Positions 44,423 through 55,197 of a DNA stretch of 64,000 bases are shown piece by piece. The stretch's first letter is position 1, and each line of letters opens with the position of its first letter. The notes under the pieces were generated by a model. The model saw nothing but the letters and a program-made list of their open reading frames with translations. It searched no databases and was not told the origin of the DNA. The position numbers and the translations under genes are program-made. This DNA is from Bacteroidota bacterium (GTDB lineage: Bacteria > Bacteroidota > Bacteroidia > CAILMK01), in the NCBI GenBank assembly GCA_034440515.1, contig JAWXCF010000038.1, positions 344-64,343 on the forward strand. Direction: 5' to 3'.

Positions 44423-45637
44423 ATGGCCAACCGACTTTCTAATAAAAAGGGAGGGGTATTTACTAAAGTAATAACTCGAATATCTGTTTGGGCCATTGCT
44501 TTAAGTACCGCAACCATCATTATTACAATAAGTATGATATTGGGTTTTCAGCAACAAATTAAAGATAAAGTTTCCGCATTTTCTGGTCACATTCAAATTA
44601 GCCCCTACAATAGGGAAAACCAATCTGAGACAAACCCATTAGTATATAGTGACAGTCTGGTAAATAACATTGTAGCACTGCCTCCCATTAGTCACGTTCA
44701 AGCATTTGCCAATGTACCTGCATTATTACGCTATAATAGTGTGAGTGAGGGTGTGGTGTTGAAAGCTGTTGATGCTCACTATAAATGGTCTGGCTTTGCA
44801 ACATATCTAATGTCTGGTAAACTGCCAGACTCTGGGAGTTTGGGTAAAGGCATAGTGATTAGCCAACTATTGGCCGATAAAATGCAGTTAAAAATAAAAG
44901 ATACCCTTTTAGCTTACATAATAGATACAGATGGTGGTAAGAAACATAAATTAAGGCAATACCACGTAACTGCGACCTTTACAACAGGGTTAGATGAGTT
45001 TGATAAAGCTGTAGCACTAATAGATATGGTTGAGGTGAAACGACTAAAACCAAACTGGATAGATGGACAAATTTCTGGTTTGGAGGTATTCACAAACAAA
45101 TTTAATGAAATAGATACAAGCACCTACCAAATAGCCGAATTACCCGACCTAGATAAGGAATTAGATATATTGACTATTCAAGACAGAATGCCCCAAATAT
45201 TTGATTGGCTATCTCTCCTTAATATTCATATTAAGATTATCATCATATTAATGGGAACCGTTGCCATCATAAATATGGTAACTGCCCTAATTATTATGAT
45301 ATTAGAGCGAAACGCTATGATTGGTCTGCTGAAAACCTTGGGGATGAAAAACAAAGCCCTAATGCAAATATTTTTAATAAGTGCCAGCAGATTAATCATT
45401 AAGGGACTGATAATTGGTAATTTGCTCGCCATTGGCCTACTGGCTATGCAATACTATACTCATATAATTAAGCTAGATGCTGAGCAATACTATTTAAGTG
45501 AGGCCCCAGTTTCATTCCCTTGGTTGTATATGGTGCTAATTAATGTTGGAGTACTACTAGTATGTAGTATTTCTATGTTAGTACCATCACTATTGGTACT
45601 GAAAACAAAACCTGCGGCCGCATTAAAAAGCTTTTAA
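44423..45637 (+). CDS. ABC-transporter permease, FtsX/LolC/LolE-like (lipoprotein-releasing system type)
   Basis: About 404 aa. It has an N-terminal TM, a large periplasmic domain and three C-terminal TM helices (FtsX fold). The ATG at 44423 gives MANRLSNKKGGVFTKVITRISVWAI…. The ORF track begins at a GTG at 44405. Confidence 0.75.
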   Translation: MANRLSNKKGGVFTKVITRISVWAIALSTATIIITISMILGFQQQIKDKVSAFSGHIQISPYNRENQSETNPLVYSDSLVNNIVALPPISHVQAFANVPALLRYNSVSEGVVLKAVDAHYKWSGFATYLMSGKLPDSGSLGKGIVISQLLADKMQLKIKDTLLAYIIDTDGGKKHKLRQYHVTATFTTGLDEFDKAVALIDMVEVKRLKPNWIDGQISGLEVFTNKFNEIDTSTYQIAELPDLDKELDILTIQDRMPQIFDWLSLLNIHIKIIIILMGTVAIINMVTALIIMILERNAMIGLLKTLGMKNKALMQIFLISASRLIIKGLIIGNLLAIGLLAMQYYTHIIKLDAEQYYLSEAPVSFPWLYMVLINVGVLLVCSISMLVPSLLVLKTKPAAALKSF

Positions 45638-45698
45638 TTAATTGATTTAATTACCTTTGAGAAAAAGAACTTTTCATCATCAGTAATTATTTCTTGAG

Positions 45699-46352
45699 AT
45701 GATAATATTAGATTCGAATATAGTAAACGTTAGACCAGACAAAGTCTATAAAATATTGAGCGGTACCAAAGATATTTTTTTTGAATTAGGTATTCGCTCA
45801 ATGTCAATGGAATTAATTGCCAAAAAACTGGGAATCTCTAAAAAAACACTGTATTCCATTGTGCGCAATAAGAAAGACCTAGTAACTAAAGTTATGGTCT
45901 TTACTTTAGATCAAATAAAGTCTACCGTAATTAATCTGACTTCAACTAATGAAAATGCAATTGAAGAAATGCTATCAATTTTTAAATTTAATGAGAAGAT
46001 TAGCAGTCAAATAAATTCAAACCTTTTACAAGAATTAGAGAAATATTTCCCTGACAGCTATGAAGTTTTAATAAATTTTAGAAAAAATTTCCTTTGCCCA
46101 GTGCTTATAGATAATATTAAAAAAGGAATTTCGCAAAACTTATATCAAGCTGACGTAAAGCCAGATTTAGTTATTCAATTTTATATGAGCTATAGTTTAA
46201 AACTATATGAAAAGCAGGATTACATATTAAAATATACACCAGTTCAAATAGCCAAGTCTATGTTTTGCTACCATATTAAAGGATTGTCTAATACAAATGG
46301 ACTAAAATACTTAACAGAAAAAATAAGCGAAGACACTTTCGTAGTAGTATAA
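45699..46352 (+). CDS. TetR/AcrR-family transcriptional regulator
   Basis: 217 aa with an N-terminal HTH (…FFELGIRSMSMELIAKKLGISKKTLYSIVRNKKDL…). Confidence 0.75.
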   Translation: MIILDSNIVNVRPDKVYKILSGTKDIFFELGIRSMSMELIAKKLGISKKTLYSIVRNKKDLVTKVMVFTLDQIKSTVINLTSTNENAIEEMLSIFKFNEKISSQINSNLLQELEKYFPDSYEVLINFRKNFLCPVLIDNIKKGISQNLYQADVKPDLVIQFYMSYSLKLYEKQDYILKYTPVQIAKSMFCYHIKGLSNTNGLKYLTEKISEDTFVVV

Positions 46353-46421
46353 AAGTAAAATGCCCTGCTGTGAAATCAATAGGGCATAAATACCTAACAA
46401 ACTATTTGAACTAAATGTAAC

Positions 46422-49400
46422 TTATAATTTATGGTTTCTGCTCATCACGCCTTTTCTAATTAACCAAACACGCAGTTTGTGATTTAACAAATACATAGCC
46501 GGCACTACTAATAGTGTAAGGAAAGTAGCAAAGGACAAACCAAATATAATGGTCCAAGCTAATGGTCCCCAGAATGTGACACTTTCACCACCTAGATAGA
46601 AATCTGCTTTACCTTCAGAAAATAAAGTAAAGAAGTTAATATTCATACCTAAGGCAAGTGGTATCAAGCCTAATATACAGGCAGTTGCAGTTAATATTAC
46701 AGGATTTAATCTAGTTCTACCCGCCATTGCTATGGCTTCTCTGGTTTTTAACCCTCTAGACCTAAGTTCATCTGCAAACTCTACCAGCAATATACCATTC
46801 TTAACTACGATACCAGCTAAGGCAATAATACCTACGCCGGTCATAATAATGGAAATGTCCATCTTAAAAATGCTAAAGCCTAACAGTACCCCTGCAATTG
46901 AGAAAATTACTTCACTCAATATTATTATTGGTTTACTGATGGAATTAAACTGAGTTACCAATATTACAATGATTAATGCCAAACCTAATGAACCTGCTAA
47001 ACCTAAGAAACTAGAAGTTTCAGCTTGGTCTTCTTGTGAACCTCCTAGCTTAATCTCGTTTTCAGGGGGAGTTGGATAATCAGCTATTACAGCCTTTACT
47101 TGTTCTACCACTTCTGCTTCATTAAATCCTTGTAACACATTACTAGATACGGTAATGACACGTTTCAAATTTTTACGTTTTATCCCTCCAAATGTGTTTT
47201 GATACTTCATTGTAGCCACTGCACTCATTGGTATTTGCCTTACTGCACCACCCATAGACATATCTCTGTAGGTAATTTTCATATCCATAACACGGTCTAT
47301 ATTCTTACGGTAAAATTTAGAGTATCGCACTTGAATTGGGAACTCGTCCTCATCAACTTTAAATTTACTTGGTCTATCTATACCAAATATACCAGCCCTA
47401 ATTTCAGATGCAATTTGCCCCGTGCTAATGCCCATTCTGTTGGCACGCTCACGGTCAATGTCTATTACAACCTCTGGTTTCTGATCGTCAAGGTCACTTT
47501 TTAAGTCCTCCACTCCTGGTATATTGATTTTATCTAAGTGATTTTCAAACTTTTTACTTAGGCTTACCAGTTGGTCTAGGTCTTCTCCACTTATTTCTAT
47601 AGCTATGGGTTTACCAGTTGGTGGACCATTGCTTTCAGTTTCAACTGTAATAGTTGCACTAGGTATGCCACTTACAGCATCCCTTAACTGATTGGTATAT
47701 TCTGCTGTATGTTGCCCAATACGGTCGCCAAATTCTACAAATGATACCGATACCTTTCCTCTATTCAATGCTCCCTGTTGTGAAACTGGGTCTTGTGGGT
47801 CACCAGCACCAACGGCTACGTTACTTATTACTGACTCAATATCTGGATTGTCTTTGCCTTGGAACTTAGCGTTCAATACCTTTTTCACTCTAGCCTCTAC
47901 TTCTTTTGTTATACTATCAGTAACTGGAAGATCTGTACCAACTGGCATTTGGATATACACAAACACTTGGTTAGGGTCTCCAGATGGAAAGAATACTACT
48001 TTCGGAGATCTTACTGCAGTTAATACGAAGCTAAATATCAATAAAACTATTGCAATAAGGATGGTGAAGTAAGCATTGTTCTTTCTCAATACTTTAGAAA
48101 CCAACCTGTAATATCCATTCATAAATGCAGGTAAAACTTTGTTTTGGAAGCCTCTGATGCCGTATATGAACACATATTTGTCTAATATGGCGAACAGCAT
48201 AAAGAATATCATCAGGTTACCAAATCCTCTGTTACCACCCAAATGTGCAAATAAAGCTACAACGCCTAGTATGCCGATAATAATCCAAAAACGCTTATTT
48301 CCTTTTCTTTTTGCTTTATTCTCTTCTTCAGGAGAATCATAATAATCTTTTTTCATAAAACTAACTGCAAATACAGGGTTTATGATAAATGCGACTAGCA
48401 ATGAAGCCAAAAGTGTAATTATCAAGGTTATGGGTAAGAAATACATAAACTTACCTATGATGCCTGGCCAAAAACTTAATGGGAAGAACGGTGCTAATGT
48501 CGTTAATGTTCCAGCTAATACGGGTATAAATACCTCACCTGCTGCAGCCTTAGCACTTTGAACAATAGACAATTCCCTATGTTGATGGAATATTCTATGG
48601 GTATTTTCAATAACAACAATCGCATCATCTACAACAATACCTAATGCGAGTAAGAAACTGAATAGTACAATCATATTGAGTGTAAATCCAATGCCCGGTA
48701 ATATTAAGAATGCCAAGAACATAGAGATTGGAACACTAAGTCCAACAAATATGGCATTAGTGGTTCCCATAAAGAACATCAGTATGAACGTAACCAAGAT
48801 GAAGCCAATTATGATGGTATTAATTAAATCATTCAGCGTAGTCCTTGTAGAGTTACTTTGGTCACCCGTTATTTTCACATCTAAGCCTTTGGGAAAACTA
48901 GTCTGTTGCATTTTGGTTACAGCTTCACGTACTTGGTCACTGGCGCTGATTAAGTTTTCACCAGAACGTTTTACCACGTTTAACGTAACTACCGGTTTAC
49001 CATTTAACCTAGCATAAGAAGCTCTTTCTTCAAATCCATCTTGAACTGTTGCAATATCTCTTAAATAGATTGGAGCACCCATAGGGTTATTAATCACCAA
49101 GTCTTTCATAGCCTCTACACTTTTGTATTGACCTATTAGTCTAAGACTTCTCTTAAAGTCGCCTACTGACACGTCACCACCACTTATGGTTAAGTTTTCG
49201 TAGCCAATAGCTGTAGATATATCTCTTAATGTCAATTTAGCAGCTTGCATTTTATACATATCCACATCTATCTGCACTTCTCTATTTAATGCACCGACTA
49301 TATCGACACGGGTAATTTCTTTAAAGCCCTCTATTTTATCTTGCAAATCTTCAGCGTACTTTTTCAATTTATCATTGTCAAAGTCTCCAGATAAATTGAC

Positions 49401-49892
49401 ATACATTATTGGCATATCACTAAAGTTTATCTCTTGAGCATCTGGTGCTTGCGGTAAATCCGTTGGTAAATCTGTTCTAGCCTTATCAACTTTATCTTTT
49501 ACACGTTGCTTAGCTGTTTCTACATCTATACCTGCATTAAATTCTACGCTAATTATAGAGAAATTCTGCATACTGGTAGAGGTTACTTTTTTCACCCCGC
49601 TTATTGCCTTTACCTGTTTTTCTATAGGTCTGGTAACTAAGTTTTCCATATCGGTAGGCGATGTACCAGGGTAAACTGTGCTCACCATAATAGTCGGAAT
49701 TACGATATCAGGAAATTTCTCCTTTTGCAATCCGTTGTAAGTTGATATACCAAATAGACAGGCCAGAATTGTTAATATATAGATAGTAGTCCTATTATCT
49801 ACAGACCAACTGGTTGGGCCAAATCGCTTATTCAGCTTTTCACGGGAGGCTATTTTTTTCTCCCTTTCTTCAAGCTCTTTATTAGAAGCCAT
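46422..49892 (-). CDS. RND efflux transporter permease (AcrB/HAE1-like)
   Basis: 1156 aa with 12 TM helices and two large periplasmic loops. Conserved RND motifs are present (e.g. …ALGIVVDDAIVVIEN…). Confidence 0.92.
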   Translation of the reverse strand: MASNKELEEREKKIASREKLNKRFGPTSWSVDNRTTIYILTILACLFGISTYNGLQKEKFPDIVIPTIMVSTVYPGTSPTDMENLVTRPIEKQVKAISGVKKVTSTSMQNFSIISVEFNAGIDVETAKQRVKDKVDKARTDLPTDLPQAPDAQEINFSDMPIMYVNLSGDFDNDKLKKYAEDLQDKIEGFKEITRVDIVGALNREVQIDVDMYKMQAAKLTLRDISTAIGYENLTISGGDVSVGDFKRSLRLIGQYKSVEAMKDLVINNPMGAPIYLRDIATVQDGFEERASYARLNGKPVVTLNVVKRSGENLISASDQVREAVTKMQQTSFPKGLDVKITGDQSNSTRTTLNDLINTIIIGFILVTFILMFFMGTTNAIFVGLSVPISMFLAFLILPGIGFTLNMIVLFSFLLALGIVVDDAIVVIENTHRIFHQHRELSIVQSAKAAAGEVFIPVLAGTLTTLAPFFPLSFWPGIIGKFMYFLPITLIITLLASLLVAFIINPVFAVSFMKKDYYDSPEEENKAKRKGNKRFWIIIGILGVVALFAHLGGNRGFGNLMIFFMLFAILDKYVFIYGIRGFQNKVLPAFMNGYYRLVSKVLRKNNAYFTILIAIVLLIFSFVLTAVRSPKVVFFPSGDPNQVFVYIQMPVGTDLPVTDSITKEVEARVKKVLNAKFQGKDNPDIESVISNVAVGAGDPQDPVSQQGALNRGKVSVSFVEFGDRIGQHTAEYTNQLRDAVSGIPSATITVETESNGPPTGKPIAIEISGEDLDQLVSLSKKFENHLDKINIPGVEDLKSDLDDQKPEVVIDIDRERANRMGISTGQIASEIRAGIFGIDRPSKFKVDEDEFPIQVRYSKFYRKNIDRVMDMKITYRDMSMGGAVRQIPMSAVATMKYQNTFGGIKRKNLKRVITVSSNVLQGFNEAEVVEQVKAVIADYPTPPENEIKLGGSQEDQAETSSFLGLAGSLGLALIIVILVTQFNSISKPIIILSEVIFSIAGVLLGFSIFKMDISIIMTGVGIIALAGIVVKNGILLVEFADELRSRGLKTREAIAMAGRTRLNPVILTATACILGLIPLALGMNINFFTLFSEGKADFYLGGESVTFWGPLAWTIIFGLSFATFLTLLVVPAMYLLNHKLRVWLIRKGVMSRNHKL

Positions 49893-49966
49893 ATATATTA
49901 TTTGGGTAGTTTAATTAAGGCAGCCTAGAAAATTACCAGACAGGCTTTCATTAAACATTTTTTTTA

Positions 49967-51112
49967 TTAATAGTTAATTGCAGTGCCTTCGCTTACGTTT
50001 TGGTAACCCATAACGATTACTTTCTCATTTTCCTTCAAACCAGATAATACTTCTATTTTACCTCCATAGTTTTGACCTACAGTAATGGTCCTTTTACGAG
50101 CAATTTTCTGCTTTCCCGATTCTTCAACTACATAAATGAATTTACCGGCCTCGTCATTTTGCACCACGCTAATAGGAACTGTTACTACCCGCTTATTTGT
50201 ATAGTCGTTTATTTTAATTACTGCCACCATATTAGGTCTTAATTCTCTTGTGTTGCCATTCATTGCAAATTCAACTAGAAACGTCCTATTTACAGTGTTT
50301 ATAGCACGACCTACAGTTTTTACACTGCTTTTCATACTGAAATTAATATCTGGAAACTCCAATATTGTCTCGTCACCAATGTTAATTTTAGTAAGATAGT
50401 TTTCAGAAACATCTGCTAATGCTTTAGTTTTGTTGTAGTTAACAATTCTTACTCCGTCCATTCCTGGAGTTGGCACTTCACCTACTCTTAGTGTTAAGTC
50501 ATCAACTACACCATCTATAGGTGCAACTACATTGTAGTTACTAATCATTTGCATCGTAGTGGCTTTCTTCCTACGAAGACCTTCAAGAGTATTTTTTGAC
50601 TGAATATAAGCTATTTCAGTGCCAATTTTTTGGTCCCATAGAGCTTTCTGTTTGTTGTAAATAGTCTGTGCTAGATCTATTCCGTTATTTAATTCGTCTA
50701 ACTGTTCAGGAATTGAGCCTTTGTCTAATCTAGCTAATAGCTGTCCTTGTCTTACGGACTGACCTCTAGATACCAAAACCTCTGTAACCATAGTACCTGA
50801 TACTTTAGGAGTCACCATTATGTTTTGATCGCTTTCAATTCTTCCTTGAATCTCAAGATAATGTTTGAAAACTTCTGTTTTTACTTCAGCTACATTTATT
50901 AGCGTAGTTATAACATTAGAATCAGCCTTAACAGGATTCTTTTTCTCTAGTGCCGTTATTTCAGCGTCTATTTTAGCTTTCTCCTTTTTTAAGTTAGCTA
51001 ATCTTGTTTTATCGTCAGCTGCTGGTGTGCAAGCTGTCAGCGCAACAATTGCACTCAGTAATATTATTATAATTGATGCTCTCATTTTTATTTTAGGTAT
51101 TGGTACATTCAT
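49967..51112 (-). CDS. RND efflux periplasmic adaptor (membrane fusion protein), lipoprotein
   Basis: It contains coiled-coil, lipoyl and beta-barrel regions. The start is ATG 51112 (MNVPIPKIKMRAS…) or ATG 51085 (MRASIIIILLSAIVALTAC, lipobox LTAC). The ORF track begins at a TTG at 51175. Confidence 0.85.
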   Translation of the reverse strand: MNVPIPKIKMRASIIIILLSAIVALTACTPAADDKTRLANLKKEKAKIDAEITALEKKNPVKADSNVITTLINVAEVKTEVFKHYLEIQGRIESDQNIMVTPKVSGTMVTEVLVSRGQSVRQGQLLARLDKGSIPEQLDELNNGIDLAQTIYNKQKALWDQKIGTEIAYIQSKNTLEGLRRKKATTMQMISNYNVVAPIDGVVDDLTLRVGEVPTPGMDGVRIVNYNKTKALADVSENYLTKINIGDETILEFPDINFSMKSSVKTVGRAINTVNRTFLVEFAMNGNTRELRPNMVAVIKINDYTNKRVVTVPISVVQNDEAGKFIYVVEESGKQKIARKRTITVGQNYGGKIEVLSGLKENEKVIVMGYQNVSEGTAINY

Positions 51113-51137
51113 TTGAAGGTGAATATTTGGTTTTTTA

Positions 51138-52505
51138 TTAAAAATCTGTTGAACCCAAAGCTCTTTTGTAATCAATTTGGCTGATAATTATTTCATAAAG
51201 GGAACTGTAGTAATTGGTTTGCGCTTCTATTAAATCAGCCTCTGCATTTACAACCTCAAGGTTGGTACCTACACCGGCACTAAATTTCTTTTGTGCCACA
51301 CTTACTACTCTCTGTGCTAGATCTAAATTTCTTTGCACATTTTGCAAAGTTTTATAATTGTTAGAGTAACTAATGTTTGCCTGTGACAATTGAAAGTCAA
51401 TATAGTTTTTTGTATTAACCAAATCATTCTGATTTTTCTGAATGGTGTAATTGGCCTGACGTAACTGATATTTCCGTTGGAAACCGTCAAATAAACTCCA
51501 GTTCATTCTTAAACCAATCAATGATATTGCAAACCATTTTTCATCAGTATTAAAGAAGTTGAACTCAGTACGTTGGGCATTTGCATTCAGGGCGCCAACG
51601 GCTACTAGTGTTGGTAAGTATTGCCCTCTAATTCTTTTGGCTGACAACTCGTTTAACTGAAGTTGATATTCTAATAGTGAATATTCTGGTCTGTTAGCAT
51701 AGCTAACTGCTTGTGTTTCTAATGTCTTAACTACGTCCGCACGCAAAGTGTCTGACAGTGCTAGTTGGTCAGCTATTGGCATCCCCATTTGAAACTTTAA
51801 TAGCTGGGTACTTAACTCTATAAATGCTTGTACTTTATCTCGCTCTACTTGTAGATTAGTTAGCGAGACACTTAGTCTATCTACATCTATTTGCTCAGCT
51901 AGACCTTGCTTATAGACAGCATTTAGATCATTGTAAGTTTTCTGCAACCTAACTATGTTTGCATCTATTAATTGGATTCTTTTTTTGTTAATTACTACAG
52001 AATAATATGCTTTTGCCACATTTGTTGCGGCTTCAAGTCGAGTACGTTCTATATTTTTCTGAGTTAACCCGATAAAAGTTCTACTTGCTTTTAATCCGAT
52101 TAAGAAATCGTTGTTAAACAACAATTGTGAAGCACCAAAACCTGCAGTTGCATTATATTTTGTACCAAACTTTACTGGGATAAAGGTTCCAGCAGGGGCA
52201 CCAAAAAATTCCCCTGGTAAAAGTGAGGTGGGTATAGATAAATAATTATTAAAATCTAAACTGCCTGTTACCTGTGGTAAGCCTAAACCGTATATTTCAC
52301 TTACTCTAGCTTGCGCTGATAGTTTATCTAGTTCAGAATTCTGAACGCTAGACAAGTTCTTATAGGTATATTCTATAGCATCTTTTAAACTAAAGGTATA
52401 GTTTGATCCATTTTGTGCCTTTATGCCTGAGCTAATTAGTAAAAGTAATATTAATAATTTAGGAAGTTTACGTTTAATATATTTACTCATATTTTGTTCA
52501 TTCAT
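51138..52505 (-). CDS. TolC-family outer-membrane efflux protein
   Basis: 455 aa with a signal peptide and two repeats of the coiled-coil/beta structure. It lies upstream of and co-oriented with the MFP and RND genes. Confidence 0.85.
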   Translation of the reverse strand: MNEQNMSKYIKRKLPKLLILLLLISSGIKAQNGSNYTFSLKDAIEYTYKNLSSVQNSELDKLSAQARVSEIYGLGLPQVTGSLDFNNYLSIPTSLLPGEFFGAPAGTFIPVKFGTKYNATAGFGASQLLFNNDFLIGLKASRTFIGLTQKNIERTRLEAATNVAKAYYSVVINKKRIQLIDANIVRLQKTYNDLNAVYKQGLAEQIDVDRLSVSLTNLQVERDKVQAFIELSTQLLKFQMGMPIADQLALSDTLRADVVKTLETQAVSYANRPEYSLLEYQLQLNELSAKRIRGQYLPTLVAVGALNANAQRTEFNFFNTDEKWFAISLIGLRMNWSLFDGFQRKYQLRQANYTIQKNQNDLVNTKNYIDFQLSQANISYSNNYKTLQNVQRNLDLAQRVVSVAQKKFSAGVGTNLEVVNAEADLIEAQTNYYSSLYEIIISQIDYKRALGSTDF

Positions 52506-52761
52506 AGCTGGTATGTAACTTTATGATTATTAGAATTAAGCGTGGCAAAGGTATTTATTAATTAAAATGCAATTAACATTCAGTGTCTTATTAGTTGTTT
52601 ATTTAAGTTAAAATGTCAATCTTAACCATTAAAATGTATTTAAATATAAAGTCGCAGGGTAAACCCTATAATAAATGAGCATTATCAGCTTTAAAATCAT
52701 TGGCATTAATGCTCTTGATATTTGAAATGTTTTAGTTGTAGCGTGCTACCTTCGTACTTGT

Positions 52762-53547
52762 ATGAATGCAAACGAAAAGGTAATATTAATAACTAATGAT
52801 GACGGAATTACTGCACCGGGCATCGCAATGCTTATAAATTCAGTAAGACATCTTGGTAAAATCATAGTCGTAGCTCCAGACTCTCCACAAAGCGGTATGG
52901 GCCACGCAGTAACCATTAGCAGACCATTAAGATTAGATCCTGTTAAGGTATTTGAAGGCATAGAAAGTTATAGTTGTAGTGGTACACCTGCAGACTGTGT
53001 GAAACTGGCTGTAAGTAAGGTATTACATAAAAAACCAGACATAGTAGTAAGTGGCATAAACCACGGTAGTAATAGCAGCATAAATGTACTGTATAGTGGT
53101 ACAATGAGTGCAGCAGTAGAAGCAGCCATAGAGGGAATTCCTGCAATTGGTTTTAGTTTTTGCAACTACAGCCACGGAGCAGATATGAGCAGTGCTGGTG
53201 CAGTAGCGGCGGTTGTTACCAAGCAATTGATGGAAAATCCACTGCCGTCCAATAAATTATTGAATGTAAATATTCCTGATTTACCTACAGACCAATTAAA
53301 AGGGATAAAAATATGCAGACAGGCAAAAGCCAAATGGGAGGAAGAGTTTAGTGAAAGAATTGACCCACACGGTAGAAAATATTTTTGGCTCACAGGAAAA
53401 TTTGCAAACTACGACAGTGGCGATGATACAGATGAGGCAGCATTAAAAGCTGGGTTCGTATCTATAGTTCCGGTTCAATATGACTTAACTGCACACGATG
53501 TAGTGGAGAGTATTAAGAATTGGGAGCAAAACTTAGATAAAATCTGA
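52762..53547 (+). CDS. surE: 5'/3'-nucleotidase SurE
   Basis: 261 aa, MNANEKVILITNDDGITAPGI…, the SurE N-terminal DDG motif. Confidence 0.9.
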   Translation: MNANEKVILITNDDGITAPGIAMLINSVRHLGKIIVVAPDSPQSGMGHAVTISRPLRLDPVKVFEGIESYSCSGTPADCVKLAVSKVLHKKPDIVVSGINHGSNSSINVLYSGTMSAAVEAAIEGIPAIGFSFCNYSHGADMSSAGAVAAVVTKQLMENPLPSNKLLNVNIPDLPTDQLKGIKICRQAKAKWEEEFSERIDPHGRKYFWLTGKFANYDSGDDTDEAALKAGFVSIVPVQYDLTAHDVVESIKNWEQNLDKI

Positions 53548-53551
53548 GACA

Positions 53552-53854
53552 ATGTTATACAAAAAAAAGTTGTTTGAAAATAATAATATTGTTGTAGGAC
53601 TGCTATGTGGTGTTGTTTCAACACTAATTGGAAGTATAGTAATGTATGTGCTATTTGAGTTTGTAATAAACCCAATTGCTAATAGAGAGCTAATATCTAC
53701 CAGAGTAATGGCACTGACTGGACTAAGTGCAAATGTTCCCATAGTAAATGCATTTATGAATAGAGGGAGTATGAGATCTGCACGAGGAGTAATGGTTGCA
53801 TTTATGTTGGGTGCCGCATACATAATCTATAAATTCTTTAGTCAGACTTTATAA
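53552..53854 (+). CDS. Small membrane protein (100 aa, 2-3 TM), hypothetical
   Basis: ATG start 4 nt after the surE stop. It has hydrophobic helices (IVVGLLCGVVSTLIGSIVMYVLF… / VMVAFMLGAAYIIYKF). Confidence 0.5.
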   Translation: MLYKKKLFENNNIVVGLLCGVVSTLIGSIVMYVLFEFVINPIANRELISTRVMALTGLSANVPIVNAFMNRGSMRSARGVMVAFMLGAAYIIYKFFSQTL

Positions 53855-53861
53855 CAATAAG

Positions 53862-54989
53862 TTGTTGAAATACTATATAATAGCTGGGGAGGCAAGTGGA
53901 GATATGCAAGCTGCCCACTTGATGAAAAAAATAAAGCTAATCGATGCAGTAGCTCAATTTAGAGGTTGGGGTGGCGAACTGATGCAACAACAGGGTGCCG
54001 AAATAGTAAAACACTACAAAGACTTAGCGTTTATGGGTTTTACGCAAGTAATAGCTAATCTGGGTACCATACTGAATAACATTAAGTTTTGTAAAACAGA
54101 CATAACGGCCTACCAGCCAGATGCCATTATTTATGTAGATTACCCAGGGTTTAATATGAGAATAGCGGCCTGGGCTAAAAAGAGTAATTATAAGAATATC
54201 TACTACATCTGTCCGCAGGTATGGGCTTGGAAGGCAAAAAGAAGTCTTAAGCTAAAACGAGATATAGACTTGTTGCTGTGCATCTTACCATTTGAGAAGA
54301 AGTTTCTAAATAAGTACCAATTTACCCAAAAGCAAGTAGAATACATAGGCCACCCATTATTGGAAATAATTGCAGGTTATAAAGCCAATGCAGAAATAAA
54401 AGTAGAAGTTCAAGATAAGTTAGTGGTACTGCTACCTGGCAGTAGAACCCAAGAAATTAAGATAAAATTACCCATTATGCTTGCAGCTGCAATGCAATTT
54501 CCAGATTATAAATTCATTGTAGCTGGTGCCCCAGGTCAAGATATAGAGAATTACAAAGCAGCAGGCTTAACTGATGATGTGAGCATTGTATTTGGTCAGA
54601 CTTACTCATTGCTTTCAATGGCTTATGCTGCAATAGTTACCAGTGGCACCGCCACGCTAGAAGCAGGTCTATTTCAAGTGCCACAAATAGTAGTATATAA
54701 GGGTAGCCCAATAAGTTATTATATTGGCAAACAACTGGTTAAAATAAAATACATAAGTCTAGTAAACCTAATAGTTGATTGTCCAATAGTTAAAGAAATG
54801 ATTCAAAATGAGCTTACTCTAGGCAACTTAGTCGGTGAAATGAAAGCCTTATTAACTGATAATGAATATAGACAAAACATTGCTAATGGTTACGCAGAAT
54901 TAGAACATTTATTATCTGGAAATGGTGGGGCAAATAGGGCGGCTGAGCTTATAATTAAGCTTATAAAAAATAATGAAATAGAGAGGTAA
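53862..54989 (+). CDS. lpxB: Lipid-A-disaccharide synthase
   Basis: 375 aa, (M)LKYYIIAGEASGDMQAAHLMKKIK…, the LpxB N-terminal glycosyltransferase motif. The start must be TTG (53862 or 53865) because there is no in-frame ATG after the upstream stop. Confidence 0.88.
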   Translation: MLKYYIIAGEASGDMQAAHLMKKIKLIDAVAQFRGWGGELMQQQGAEIVKHYKDLAFMGFTQVIANLGTILNNIKFCKTDITAYQPDAIIYVDYPGFNMRIAAWAKKSNYKNIYYICPQVWAWKAKRSLKLKRDIDLLLCILPFEKKFLNKYQFTQKQVEYIGHPLLEIIAGYKANAEIKVEVQDKLVVLLPGSRTQEIKIKLPIMLAAAMQFPDYKFIVAGAPGQDIENYKAAGLTDDVSIVFGQTYSLLSMAYAAIVTSGTATLEAGLFQVPQIVVYKGSPISYYIGKQLVKIKYISLVNLIVDCPIVKEMIQNELTLGNLVGEMKALLTDNEYRQNIANGYAELEHLLSGNGGANRAAELIIKLIKNNEIER

Positions 54990-55029
54990 TTAAAAATAAA
55001 TACGATATTTGCAGACTGTTTTGAAAATT

Positions 55030-55102
55030 GGGGGATTAGCTCAGCTGGTAGAGCGCTTCCATGGCATGGAAGAGGTCATCGGTTCGAGCCCGTTATCCTC
55101 CA
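55030..55102 (+). tRNA. tRNA-Ala (anticodon GGC)
   Basis: GGGGGATTAGCTCAGCTGGTAGAGC…, anticodon loop AT-GGC-AT, with the G3·U70 pair in the acceptor stem (Ala identity element). T-arm is GGTTCGAGCCC. Confidence 0.85.
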
Positions 55103-55197
55103 CTCCCCTTAAACAAAAAGTAAAAACATACTAAAAAACCCGAACTATAGAGACAAAAAATAGCACTTAACTAAGTTTTTTTGAAGGCACATCATCC

